From the NCBI GenBank assembly GCA_002476605.1, contig DLLD01000015.1:9694-73693 (forward strand): a DNA stretch of 64,000 nucleotides. Direction: 5' to 3'. The DNA is from Christensenella sp. UBA7571. GTDB taxonomy: Bacteria; Bacillota; Clostridia; Christensenellales; CAG-917. Shown here piece by piece: positions 53,938-63,452 of the stretch (positions within the stretch are counted from its first letter, which is position 1; every line of letters starts with the position of its first letter). A program made the translations under genes and the position numbers. The notes beneath the pieces were generated by a model. The model saw nothing but the letters and a program-made list of their open reading frames with translations. It had not been told where the DNA came from and did not search any database.

Positions 53938-56586
53938 TTATTCTACCTCCTTTTGCGTATTTTCTTCCGCAGGTAAGGCGGTATCCTCCGTGGCGGAGGT
54001 GTCTACGGCGTTTGCCGTATCTGCTTCTTGCACGGCGTTTTCGTCTTGCAAAACGTTTTTACCTTTCTTTTTATTGCGTTTTTTGCGCTCTTCGACGACG
54101 GCAGTGCCGTTGGCGTATTCACGCTCTTTTTCAGCGCATACGAAGCTGAGGAAGTAGAAGAACACCACGAGTCCCGTGAAGAACATAAGCATATCTCTAA
54201 GCGAGAAGAGCGGATACATTCTCGGCTTGTAGGAGAGGTCAACCATAACTTGTCTTACGGAATTGAGGTCGGCAAGACCGAGTGCGGAGGGATAAGTTCC
54301 CGCGCCGAGTGTGTCACCTACGAGGACCGAACCGATCATTTTGCCGTAAGTTTGCGCTTCGTATTGTGCTTTGTAGAATTTCTTCACCGCTGCGTCGACT
54401 TCGCCCATTTCGGGATCGATAAATTCCCAGAACGGCTTGATAAGCGGAGATTGATAGGAGTACAATCCTTGGAGCACGTTCACGAGGATTGCGGTTATGT
54501 CGATGACGGGTTGATAATAAGTGTTGCCGTTGGCTCTCTTTGCCTCTTTGAAGAGCGGAATTTCGATACCGCTGATGCTGAGACCTTTGACGGTTTCACC
54601 GTTGACGGTGAGATCTTTAAGCACGAGACCGCCGACGAGTTTGCCGATGGTGTTTTGCACGAGAATGTTGTAAAGATCGATGCCGAACGTATTGAGCACG
54701 CCGTCAAGAGCCGTGTTGAGGAATTGGGAGAGGTGATCGAGGTCGAACGCATAATCGTCTTCACCGAGAAGCGTATTGTCAAAGTCGATATCGAGCAACA
54801 CGTCACCGCCTTCCGTTGCTTTGGCGGGGTTCGTACCCATATTGCCGTCTTCGTCCGCTCTTACGAGTGCGACGTAGAGGTGATCTTTCTTTTGTCCGAA
54901 GATTTCACCCTTGTAAATAAGCACGAGGCTTGCGTTCTTCAATTCGTAGCTATCGTCAACGCCGACCAAGGACTTGATAAGTCCGCCGATCGTCGTACTG
55001 CCGACCGAGCCGTTCATATCCGCGCCCATATCTTTGAGACTCCAACCTTTTTCGAGTTTTTCGAGGATAGGAGCAATGATATTTGCGATAGTCGTTTGCT
55101 TGCCGTCAAAGTTGATTGAGATACTGTTGATAAGAGGTATCTTTTCTCCGAGTTTCTTGACGATTTCGCTTGCGCCGTAATCACCGCTTGCGTTCTTGTC
55201 GAGCAACAAGTCAAAGAGGTGGTTGTCACCGAGCAACGCACCCACTTGCGCCACGAGATAATCGAGTCTACCGTGCGTCAAAGAGAATCTGTCGGTAAAG
55301 TAGACTTCTTGCTCGTAGTACGCCGTCTCGCGTGCGCTTGCTTCCGTTGTATAGTAAGCGTCGCGTGCGTCGATTGCGTTTTGGATAACCATAGCAACTT
55401 CGTCTTTATAATCGTCGGACGTTACGAGTGCTTGCGATTCGTAGTAGTCTTCGAGGATTTCAAGGACGTTGTAGAGGCTGAACACCCAGCCGTCGGAGAA
55501 CAATCCGTTGGGATTGTAAATACCCGTGCCGTAGTCACCGTCCGTGGTGTTGACGACGCTCACCGTTCCGCCTGCCGCGCCTTCGGGGAGTTCTTTGCCG
55601 TCTGCGTCAACGTACACCGTGCCGACGGGCATCAAATCTTTGGAATACCACACGTAAACGTATTGACCGTTTTCTTTGTCGGCACTGACGGTTACCCATT
55701 CACCTTTCTTCTCGTCGTATTGGACGGTTTTGTAGCCTTTCTCTTTATACCAATAGTTGGAGTAAGTCACACCGTTGATGACGAGCTTACCGTCGATAGG
55801 TTTAAGCTCGACGACTTGATTTCTCTCAACGTCGGTGATAAGACCGTCACCCGCTTCGATATTATTGTTTTTATCTGCGTTTACTCTGGACGCACCCGTC
55901 TTCTCGTCAATCGTGAAGCTGATGTCCACGCCGACTTCGACCGTGCCGTCCACTTCGTCGGAGATGAGATAGCCGTACGTTACGGGTTTGTTGGAGATGT
56001 TGCCCGCAACACCGCCCTTGTCTTTGCCTTCCATCTCGACATTGTACGCCTTTTTGAGCAAGTCGATTTTTTCAATGAGTTTGGTAGTTTCGTTCTTGCT
56101 TGCCGCGTTTGAAGAGAGGGTGCGGTAGTAGGAAAGCTGCGTCTTATAGTCTGCAACCGTAACTCCGTCCCCGTAGGTCTTCTTTGCGTCGGCTGCAATT
56201 TGCTCGATTTGGGACTCGAACACCGCGTCCATAACAAAGCCGGATACGAGCATAACCACGAGACACGTCGCGACAACCGCAAACATTCTCACTCGACTGC
56301 TTTTCACCGTCTTGGCAAGGATAATATGCACGATGGAAATAATCGCCCAAAGAGCAAACGCGATCCAAACGCCGTAAAGAGCGGGCGCGGTGATATACGC
56401 TTCCATTTGCATAAAGAAACCAAGCGCGGACGTGCTCACCGTGTCACCCATAAACGGGTCGTGACCGAGGAACTTGACTGTCGTGAAACACACGGCAACC
56501 ATAAACAGCGGAAGACCAAGCATATAGAACACGATTTTCAGTGCACGATACAACTTGACCTTTTGGTACTGTTGATTTTGGCTCAT
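53938..56586 (-). CDS. large hypothetical membrane protein (882 aa)
   Basis: It has N-terminal TM helices, an extracytoplasmic domain of about 650 aa, a C-terminal TM helix and a Lys-rich then acidic tail. I recognise no family. Confidence 0.65.
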   Translation of the reverse strand: MSQNQQYQKVKLYRALKIVFYMLGLPLFMVAVCFTTVKFLGHDPFMGDTVSTSALGFFMQMEAYITAPALYGVWIAFALWAIISIVHIILAKTVKSSRVRMFAVVATCLVVMLVSGFVMDAVFESQIEQIAADAKKTYGDGVTVADYKTQLSYYRTLSSNAASKNETTKLIEKIDLLKKAYNVEMEGKDKGGVAGNISNKPVTYGYLISDEVDGTVEVGVDISFTIDEKTGASRVNADKNNNIEAGDGLITDVERNQVVELKPIDGKLVINGVTYSNYWYKEKGYKTVQYDEKKGEWVTVSADKENGQYVYVWYSKDLMPVGTVYVDADGKELPEGAAGGTVSVVNTTDGDYGTGIYNPNGLFSDGWVFSLYNVLEILEDYYESQALVTSDDYKDEVAMVIQNAIDARDAYYTTEASARETAYYEQEVYFTDRFSLTHGRLDYLVAQVGALLGDNHLFDLLLDKNASGDYGASEIVKKLGEKIPLINSISINFDGKQTTIANIIAPILEKLEKGWSLKDMGADMNGSVGSTTIGGLIKSLVGVDDSYELKNASLVLIYKGEIFGQKKDHLYVALVRADEDGNMGTNPAKATEGGDVLLDIDFDNTLLGEDDYAFDLDHLSQFLNTALDGVLNTFGIDLYNILVQNTIGKLVGGLVLKDLTVNGETVKGLSISGIEIPLFKEAKRANGNTYYQPVIDITAILVNVLQGLYSYQSPLIKPFWEFIDPEMGEVDAAVKKFYKAQYEAQTYGKMIGSVLVGDTLGAGTYPSALGLADLNSVRQVMVDLSYKPRMYPLFSLRDMLMFFTGLVVFFYFLSFVCAEKEREYANGTAVVEERKKRNKKKGKNVLQDENAVQEADTANAVDTSATEDTALPAEENTQKEVE

Positions 56587-56774
56587 AATGTTCTCCTTAA
56601 CTTCTCGTACTCACGCCTACGTACGTAAGCGTGCGCACAATATATATAATATTACTTTTCTATCATATCATAACAAAAATCATATTTCAATACGATTTTG
56701 ACAATTTTTTCTCGGCACAACAAATTGTGGTCGCGCACAACGCCGTGCGAATATGTGGCTTTTTATATATTTTA

Positions 56775-56916
56775 TTCGGGTGTGGGTGTCCCACCCCCGC
56801 CCTCAAAAATAGTGATATTGTGCTTGCGCACAGTTATATTTGCGCTTTGCGCAAGTGATATTTTTGGCTTGCGCCAAAAGTGATATTCGCACTCTGTGCG
56901 AGTTGTGGAATATTCT
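56775..56916 (+). repeat. Family A hairpin array, copy 2
   Basis: H0 (GGGTGTGGGTGTCCCACCC) is followed by GTGATAT/GTTATAT heptamers at 56812, 56833, 56855 and 56880. These are separated by TGTGC-TTGC-GCACA, TTGCGC-TTT-GCGCAA, TTTTGGC-TTGC-GCCAAAA and TCGCAC-TCT-GTGCGA. The copy ends in GTTGTGGAATATTC. Confidence 0.8.
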
Positions 56917-56917
56917 A

Positions 56918-57058
56918 TTCGGGTGCGGGTGTCCCGCCCCTTTCTCAAAAATAGTGATATTGTGCTTGCGCACAGTTATATTTGCGCTTTGCGAGAGTGA
57001 TATTGTTGCTATCGCAACAGTGATATTCGCACTTTGTGCGAGTTATGGAATATTCCAT
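56918..57058 (+). repeat. Family A hairpin array, copy 3 (tandem with copy 2, 143-bp period)
   Basis: The architecture is the same, with H0 changed to GCGGG/CCCGC and the third hairpin to TGTTGC-TATC-GCAACA. The second hairpin is degenerate. Confidence 0.8.
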
Positions 57059-57583
57059 ATTTCGCTACGCTAGATTCCCACGCTAACGCTCGGAATGACA
57101 AACGGAATAATCCATCAGCGCACAAAGTGCGCCTAACGTTGCTCGTAGACAGGCGGAGCCGTAGAATATAACTCCACGAAGAGTTGTTGTGAGCATCAAC
57201 TATCCGTCCGAGCAACCGCCGAGCCGTCTCAAGGTTGTGAGACCTTACGCACAAAAGCAATGCTCCTTTCACCAAGCAAGCGATATAGCGAAACTGTGGA
57301 TTGAGTTTTTATCCGTGCCCAAACTGATAGCGTGTATCGGTTGCGCGGTAGTAGTTGCGAGAACAAATGCGGTTTATGACAACAAATGTATTTGTTGTCA
57401 TCACCGCGATGCCGTTTGAGCAACGTGCGCCTAAATATGTGTCAAGTTATCTTGAAAAGATAAGTGACACGTGTTTAGCATTCGGCGCAAAAAAAATTAA
57501 TACAATCATTAATTTTTGTGTGCATATAATTCGTTTTCGCATTTTAATCTTAAAACTCGCACAAATTGATTTCATTTTTGATA

Positions 57584-57612
57584 TTGATTTTGCACCGATT
57601 GCAGTATATTAT
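57584..57612 (+). promoter_or_regulatory. sigma-A-type promoter of gdhA
   Basis: TTGATT (57584-89), a 17-nt spacer, then TATTAT (57607-12). An AGGAGGA RBS precedes the ATG at 57651. Confidence 0.5.
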
Positions 57613-57650
57613 AAAATTACATAGGCGAAAGCCACTTTTAGGAGGAAAAT

Positions 57651-58997
57651 ATGTCATATATCAGTGAAGTCATTGAACAGACCGAATTGAAAAACCCGGG
57701 ACAACCCCAATTTATGCAAACGGTGAAAGAGGTTCTTACGTCTCTCGCTCCCGCCGTCGAGCAACACGAAGAAACGATGAGAAAGAACGTTATCCTCGAA
57801 CGCCTCGTAGAACCCGATAGACAAATTATGTTCCGCGTGCCTTGGATGGACGACAACGGTGTATATCACGTCAATCGTGGTTTCCGCGTGCAATTCAACA
57901 ACGCAATCGGACCGTACAAGGGCGGTTTGCGCTTCCAAAAAGACGTCAACCTCGACGCAATGAAGTTCCTCGGTTTTGAACAAACCTTCAAAAACTCCCT
58001 CACTTCCCTTCCTATGGGCGGTGCAAAGGGCGGCGCGGACTTCGATCCCACCGGCAAGAGCGACGCTGAAATTATGCGTTTCTGCCAATCCTTTATGAAC
58101 GAACTTTATCGCCACATCGGACCGAGTATGGACGTCCCCGCGGGTGATATGGGCGTCGGCGGAAGAGAAATCGGTTATCTCTTCGGACAATACAAAAAAA
58201 TCGTCGGTTCTTACGAAAACGGCGTTCTCACCGGCAAAGGTTTGAGTTACGGCGGATCTCTCATCCGTCCCGAAGCAACCGGTTACGGCGCAACTTACTT
58301 CCTCGACGAAGTGCTCAAACACGAAGGCGAACAAATCAAAGGCAAGACCTTCTGCCTCAGCGGTTTCGGCAACGTCGCTTGGGGCGCAGCCGCAAAAATC
58401 ACCGAACTCGGCGGTAAGGTCGTCACCCTCTCCGGTCCCGACGGATATATCTACGATCCGGACGGCGTAAGCGGTGAAAAAATCGATTATATGCTCGAAA
58501 TGCGTGCATCTAACCGCAACAAAGTCAAAGATTACGCAGACAAATACGGTTGCGAATTCGTCGCGGGCAAGAAGCCTTGGGGCAACGTCAAAGCAGACGT
58601 TTATATGCCTTGCGCAAGACAAAACGAAGTGCTTCTCGAAGACGCGGAAGCCATGGTCAAACTCGGAGTCCCCGTACTCAACGAAGTTTCCAATATGCCC
58701 ACCACCAACGAGGCAATCGCATACTTGCAATCTCACGGAGTTCTCGTCACTCCGTCCAAAGCAGTCAACGCGGGCGGCGTAGCGACCAGCGGTCTCGAAA
58801 TGTCTCAAAACAGCGAACGTCTCTCTTGGACGGCAGAAGAAGTCGATGCAAAACTCAAACAAATTATGAAAGGCATCCACAACCAAATCTGCGACGCGCT
58901 CAACGCATACGGTCTCGACTACAACCTCGTCAAGGGTGCAAACCTTGCCGGTTTCAAGAAGGTATACGAAGCAATGTTGGCACAAGGCATAAACTGA
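57651..58997 (+). CDS. gdhA: NADP-specific glutamate dehydrogenase
   Basis: It has the Glu/Leu/Phe/Val dehydrogenase active-site region PMGGAKGGADFDP and a GFGNVAWG dinucleotide fold. It is 448 aa long. Confidence 0.93.
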   Translation: MSYISEVIEQTELKNPGQPQFMQTVKEVLTSLAPAVEQHEETMRKNVILERLVEPDRQIMFRVPWMDDNGVYHVNRGFRVQFNNAIGPYKGGLRFQKDVNLDAMKFLGFEQTFKNSLTSLPMGGAKGGADFDPTGKSDAEIMRFCQSFMNELYRHIGPSMDVPAGDMGVGGREIGYLFGQYKKIVGSYENGVLTGKGLSYGGSLIRPEATGYGATYFLDEVLKHEGEQIKGKTFCLSGFGNVAWGAAAKITELGGKVVTLSGPDGYIYDPDGVSGEKIDYMLEMRASNRNKVKDYADKYGCEFVAGKKPWGNVKADVYMPCARQNEVLLEDAEAMVKLGVPVLNEVSNMPTTNEAIAYLQSHGVLVTPSKAVNAGGVATSGLEMSQNSERLSWTAEEVDAKLKQIMKGIHNQICDALNAYGLDYNLVKGANLAGFKKVYEAMLAQGIN

Positions 58998-59016
58998 AAA
59001 TCGACGCGATTTTACG

Positions 59017-59050
59017 AAAGACACGCAATTTTGCGTGTCTTTCTTTTATT
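59017..59050 (+). terminator. rho-independent terminator of gdhA
   Basis: The sequence is GACACGCA-ATTT-TGCGTGTC-TTTCTTTTATT. Confidence 0.8.
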
Positions 59051-59189
59051 CGCTAGATTTTCAGTTTTCTAATCGCGCAACCGCTGTGTTGCTCGCAGTC
59101 CATACACGGACAAAAACTCCCGCCACAATTCCGCCACATCGCTTGCTTGATACTCGCTTCGCTCGTTGTTTTATGCGGATAGTAATTTT

Positions 59190-59240
59190 GGGTTTGCACC
59201 TCACGGGGTGCTTTCTTGTTCTTCATCTATTTTACAGCCT
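59190..59240 (+). repeat. Partial family B module (3' half only), plus-strand orientation
   Basis: The sequence TTTTGGGTTTGCACCTCACGGGGTGCTTTCTTGTTCTTCATCTATTT aligns with the reverse complement of the 48.1-kb module (GTTGGGTTTGCGCTCCTCGGGGTGCTTTCGCGTTGTGCATC). The 5' half is missing. Confidence 0.55.
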
Positions 59241-59260
59241 TTTAGAATTGTGTTTTTATT

Positions 59261-59292
59261 AAAAAAGGCACTCTATCGAGTGCCTTTTATTT
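59261..59292. terminator. bidirectional rho-independent terminator
   Basis: The sequence is AAAAAA-GGCACTC-TATC-GAGTGCC-TTTTATTT. Confidence 0.75.
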
Positions 59293-59297
59293 ATAAT

Positions 59298-59352
59298 CGG
59301 GTTTGGGTGTCCCACCCACAATTATTAATTAATAATTGCTAATTATTAATTT
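59298..59352 (+). repeat. H0 hairpin variant plus AT-rich palindromic tract
   Basis: CGGGTTTGGGTGTCCCACCC is followed by the perfect palindrome AATTATTAATTAATAATT and then GCTAATTATTAATT. It is the counterpart of 10837-10895. Confidence 0.7.
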
Positions 59353-59368
59353 TAACTCGCACAATTCC

Positions 59369-60865
59369 TCAATAATTTTTGTTCTTTATCATAACGTCGT
59401 GCGCACCGCCCTCGACGATGCTCGTTGCGGATACGAGTGTGAGTTTTGCGTCTTTGTGCAAATCCTCTATCGTAGTAACACCGCAGTTGCACATAGTGGA
59501 CTTGACCTTGTAAAGGCTCCTGCGTACGTTGTCGGAAAGTTTGCCAGCGTACGGCACGTAGGAGTCGACGCCCTCTTCAAAGGAGAGCCCGCTCTTTCCG
59601 CCGAGGTCGTAACGTTGCCAATTCCTTGCGCGGTTGCTACCCTCACCCCAATATTCTTTGACGTAATTGCCGTTGATATTGAGTTTTGCCGTGGGGCTTT
59701 CGTCAAATCTTGCAAAATATCTGCCGAGCATTATAAAGTCCGCGCCCATAGCAAGCGCAAGCGTCATATGGTAGTCTTGCACGATACCGCCGTCAGAGCA
59801 AATGGGGATATATACGCCCGTTTCCTTATAATACTCGTCGCGAGCCGCCGCCACTTCGATAAGCGCGGTTGCTTGCCCTCTGCCTATACCCTTGGTTTCG
59901 CGCGTAATGCAGATAGATCCACCGCCAATGCCTACTTTGACGAAGTCCGCACCCGCTTTTGCGAGGAACAAAAATCCGTCTCTGTCCACGACGTTGCCCG
60001 CACCTACGAGCACGCTGTCGCCGTATTTGGTTCTAATAAAATCGATGGTCTTTTGTTGCCAAACTGTGTATCCCTCACTGCTGTCAATGCAAAGAACGTC
60101 CGCGCCCGCGTCCACGAGAAGCGGAACCCTCTTTTGGTAATCCAACGTGTTTATACCCGCGCCGACGAGATATCTCTTTTCGCTATCGAGCACTTCGAGC
60201 GGATTTTCTTTGTGTTGTTCGTAGTCTTTTCTAAATACGAAATAAAGCAATCTGTCCTCTTCGTCCACGATGGGCAACGTATTGAGTTTGTTGTCCCAAA
60301 TGATATCGTTTGCCTCTGAAAGCGTCACGGTTGAGGGTGCGACCACGAGTTTTTCTCTCGGAGTCATAAACGAGGACACTTTATCTTCAAGCGACATTCT
60401 CGACACGCGATAGTCTCTGCTCGTAACCATACCCAAAAGTTTTCCGTTTGACGTACCGTCCGAAGTCACGGCTATGGTATTGTGTCCGTTTCTCTCAACG
60501 AGGTCGAGCACGTCTTTGAGCGTATCGCCGGGAGTGAGATTGCTGTCGCTCACCACGAAACCCGCCTTATACGCCTTGACTCTGCGCACCATATTCGCTT
60601 CGCTTTCGGGTGATTGCGAACCGTATATAAAAGAAATTCCGCCCTCTTTGGCAAGCGCAATAGCCATTTTGTCATCGCTGACCGATTGCATAATTGCCGA
60701 AACGAGCGGAATATTCAACGTGATTTTGGGTGCTTCGCCTTTTTTGAACTTGACGAGCGGAGTTTGCAGACTGACGTTTGCCGGTATGCATTTTTCCGAC
60801 GTATATCCGGGGATAAGCAGATACTCGCTGAAAGTTCTCGACGGCTCTTGGGAATACTTTGCCAT
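59369..60865 (-). CDS. IMP dehydrogenase/GMP reductase family protein with CBS domains (guaB-like)
   Basis: It has the active-site loop [13 protein letters not shown] (the family consensus reads GIGPGSICTTR) and a CBS pair region. It is 498 aa long with a divergent N-terminus, so its exact activity is uncertain. Confidence 0.75.
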   Translation of the reverse strand: MAKYSQEPSRTFSEYLLIPGYTSEKCIPANVSLQTPLVKFKKGEAPKITLNIPLVSAIMQSVSDDKMAIALAKEGGISFIYGSQSPESEANMVRRVKAYKAGFVVSDSNLTPGDTLKDVLDLVERNGHNTIAVTSDGTSNGKLLGMVTSRDYRVSRMSLEDKVSSFMTPREKLVVAPSTVTLSEANDIIWDNKLNTLPIVDEEDRLLYFVFRKDYEQHKENPLEVLDSEKRYLVGAGINTLDYQKRVPLLVDAGADVLCIDSSEGYTVWQQKTIDFIRTKYGDSVLVGAGNVVDRDGFLFLAKAGADFVKVGIGGGSICITRETKGIGRGQATALIEVAAARDEYYKETGVYIPICSDGGIVQDYHMTLALAMGADFIMLGRYFARFDESPTAKLNINGNYVKEYWGEGSNRARNWQRYDLGGKSGLSFEEGVDSYVPYAGKLSDNVRRSLYKVKSTMCNCGVTTIEDLHKDAKLTLVSATSIVEGGAHDVMIKNKNY

Positions 60866-61003
60866 ATTTCACCTCTATAAAAATTTTTTGTATTCTATCA
60901 TAAAAACGGCGATCTTCAAACCGTTTTACCGCCAAAATTCAAAATTAATTTTTTATATCGAAAGAACGGCGTTTCCGCCGTCCTTTATCAATCGTTTCGT
61001 CTA

Positions 61004-61765
61004 TTATTCAGCGAGTTTTGCACCGCATTTGTGGCAAACCTCGTCTTTGGCTTTGTTTTTTGCGCCACAGTACTTACAAACAACAGTCTTGTTTCCTTTT
61101 TCTTCTTCAATTTTGTTTTCGAGTTGTGCTACTTGCAAGTCTTTTTCCAATTGCTCTATTTGATTATCCGTAGCCTTATCTTCTACTTTTTCTTCCGTCT
61201 TTTTCGCTTTTGGCTTTCTGAACACTACGAACTTTTGCCACATAAATTCAAGCGCAAAGTTGATGACCATAACCGTGCCCTCTGCGATAATCCCCGCAAG
61301 CGTAGCGTTGATTTTTGCGGAAAGCAACGGCTCTATCGTGCAAACGTACCACGTTTGGAAGGGATAGAACGGCACGTAGAACAAAAACGCCAAAATCATT
61401 GCCTTGGGGACGTTGCTTGCGTCCTTAAAGGTGAATTTGCGGTTGAGCGTGAAGTTCCAAAGTATAGACGCGCAAAGTGCCACCGTCGTTGCGACGAAAG
61501 TATTGATTGCCGTCGGTTGGATAAAGTTGATGGTCTTTCCGTCGTCGGGAATGACGTTGTGCAAAATGGTAAACACCACCAATTGTATTATGCCCGCGCT
61601 TGCCGCGCAAAGTGCGTATTTGATAAATTGCATCACGCCTTGACGCTTCTCTTTTTTGGCTTGTTTCTCGGCGTATTTGACGCTGTAATCGGCAAGTATT
61701 CCGCTCGGTTTTTGCTCCTCGCTTACCTCTTGCAACTCGACCGTACGTACGACGTTTTCGTCCAT
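61004..61765 (-). CDS. GtrA-like membrane protein fused to a C-terminal coiled-coil and zinc ribbon (start trimmed)
   Basis: It has 4 TM helices with a GtrA-like pattern (FIKYALCAASAGIIQLVVFT...FTLNRKFTF). The C-terminus carries CKYCGAKN...CHKCGAKL. The ATG at 61763-61765 is preceded by a GAGG RBS. Confidence 0.6.
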   Translation of the reverse strand: MDENVVRTVELQEVSEEQKPSGILADYSVKYAEKQAKKEKRQGVMQFIKYALCAASAGIIQLVVFTILHNVIPDDGKTINFIQPTAINTFVATTVALCASILWNFTLNRKFTFKDASNVPKAMILAFLFYVPFYPFQTWYVCTIEPLLSAKINATLAGIIAEGTVMVINFALEFMWQKFVVFRKPKAKKTEEKVEDKATDNQIEQLEKDLQVAQLENKIEEEKGNKTVVCKYCGAKNKAKDEVCHKCGAKLAE

Positions 61766-62006
61766 AATTTCTACCTCTTTGATAGTATACGAATAGTTTA
61801 ACAATATAAATATGCGATGTCAATATCTATCTTTATTTTCCCTTTATTTATATATATTTTTATCAGCTTTTCCCGCCATAGTTTCGTCGCTTTAATATCG
61901 GTGTACGGAGCGCAAAAAGATTTCTTTTTGTGTCGATTTTGCACGAACGCAAACTTTATATGCGTTTTCGTGCGTATAAACGCGTCGTTTTGGCAAAAAT
62001 GCGTTT

Positions 62007-63437
62007 GTGAATATATCAGAGCTCGAACGACTTCTCAAATCGACTTTCTCGCATAGCGACGACTTTAAGTGTCGTCGTCTTTTCGTAGGGCAAAAGGAAT
62101 GTATGTTTGCCTATCTCGACGGCAATATAGACAAAATGCTCTTTGAGCAAGACATAGTGCGCCCTCTCAAAAACGCCGAGGAATTTGACACGCCTTATCT
62201 CAAAGACCTACAAAACAAGGTTGCTTACGCCGACGAGATAGACGTCGTGCCCGTATCTCAAACGCCCGAGAAAATCGCTTGTTGCGACATAGCGTTTTAT
62301 ATAGACGGTGAAAACGACGCCTATATCTTTTCTTTGCGAAAACCCAGTGCACGCGCGATAGGCGAACCGCCAACGTCCAGCGTTATGAAAGGACCTCGCG
62401 AGGGATTTATCGAGGAAATCAAAACCAATATGTCTCTCATACGCCGTCGTATAAAATCACCCGACCTCGTGGCAAAAACTTTTCAAGTGGGACGATATTC
62501 CTCAACAACGGTTGCGCTTATGTATATAAGAGGCATTGCCGACGACGCAATAGTCGAACAGTTATCTCACAAAATCGAACGCATAGACGTTGACGGAGTA
62601 GTTGACAGCGCGTACGTGCTTTCGTTTATCCAAACTCGCAAAAATTCCTTCTTTTTGCAAGCGGGCTCGACGGAAAAACCCGACGTCGCAAGCGCGAAAC
62701 TTCTCGAAGGGCGCGTTGTGATAATCGTTGACGGCTCACCCATAGTCATAACGCTTCCCTATCTCGTATTCGAGGACGTTCAAGACGGCTACGACTACTA
62801 CTCGGGGGACTGGCGCGCTTCGATGATAAGAATGTTCCGTATGCTCGGTGCGCTTTTGACGGTGCTGTTGCCGGGTGCGTACGTAGCACTGCAAACCTAC
62901 CACTTTCAGTTGCTACCCATAAAATTCCTTATGACGCTTATGGCGGCAACCACCAATATACCCTTCCCGCCCGCAATAGAAATGCTTCTCGTTATGACGC
63001 TTTTCGAGATACTCAACCAAGCGTCCATACGTATGCCTCGCTACTTCGGCATATCCCTATCCGTCGTGGGCGCAATCGTGCTCGGAGACACGGCAGTGAA
63101 AGCGGGACTTATATCCTCGCCCAGCGTCCTCGTAGTCGCGCTGTCGGCAATAGGCATATTCTGCGTGCCCGACCAAGTCGGACCTATGTCTATAATGAGA
63201 TTTTTGTTTTTGTGCGTGAGTGCGGTTACTGGGTTCGTGGGTATGATAGTGCTCACCATAGTCATAATCGCATACCTTGCAAGCCTCGACAACTTCGGCA
63301 CGCCTTACCTTGCCCCGTACGCTCCGCGCATAATCCCCGACCTTCAAGACGGCGTATTGAAAGCGGCCGCTTCGTCAATGGAACTGCGCCCCTACTCTAT
63401 CCCGACGACAAACCGCCGTCGCATAAGAAAATCATAA
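62007..63437 (+). CDS. spore germination protein, GerA/GerKA family (A subunit)
   Basis: It has a GTG start, the conserved stretch SSVMKGPREGFIEEIKTNMSLIRRRI and C-terminal TM helices. Confidence 0.88.
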   Translation: MNISELERLLKSTFSHSDDFKCRRLFVGQKECMFAYLDGNIDKMLFEQDIVRPLKNAEEFDTPYLKDLQNKVAYADEIDVVPVSQTPEKIACCDIAFYIDGENDAYIFSLRKPSARAIGEPPTSSVMKGPREGFIEEIKTNMSLIRRRIKSPDLVAKTFQVGRYSSTTVALMYIRGIADDAIVEQLSHKIERIDVDGVVDSAYVLSFIQTRKNSFFLQAGSTEKPDVASAKLLEGRVVIIVDGSPIVITLPYLVFEDVQDGYDYYSGDWRASMIRMFRMLGALLTVLLPGAYVALQTYHFQLLPIKFLMTLMAATTNIPFPPAIEMLLVMTLFEILNQASIRMPRYFGISLSVVGAIVLGDTAVKAGLISSPSVLVVALSAIGIFCVPDQVGPMSIMRFLFLCVSAVTGFVGMIVLTIVIIAYLASLDNFGTPYLAPYAPRIIPDLQDGVLKAAASSMELRPYSIPTTNRRRIRKS

Positions 63438-63452
63438 AATAAGGACTTTAAT

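Noticed and set aside
56631-57073. ORFs of 61-77 aa running through the family A repeats, with translations such as ILFGCGCPTP... that suggested Cys-rich peptides.
   Set aside because: The tandem copies are read in different frames by different ORFs. Substitutions between copies are paired across hairpin stems rather than synonymous. No RBS is present.
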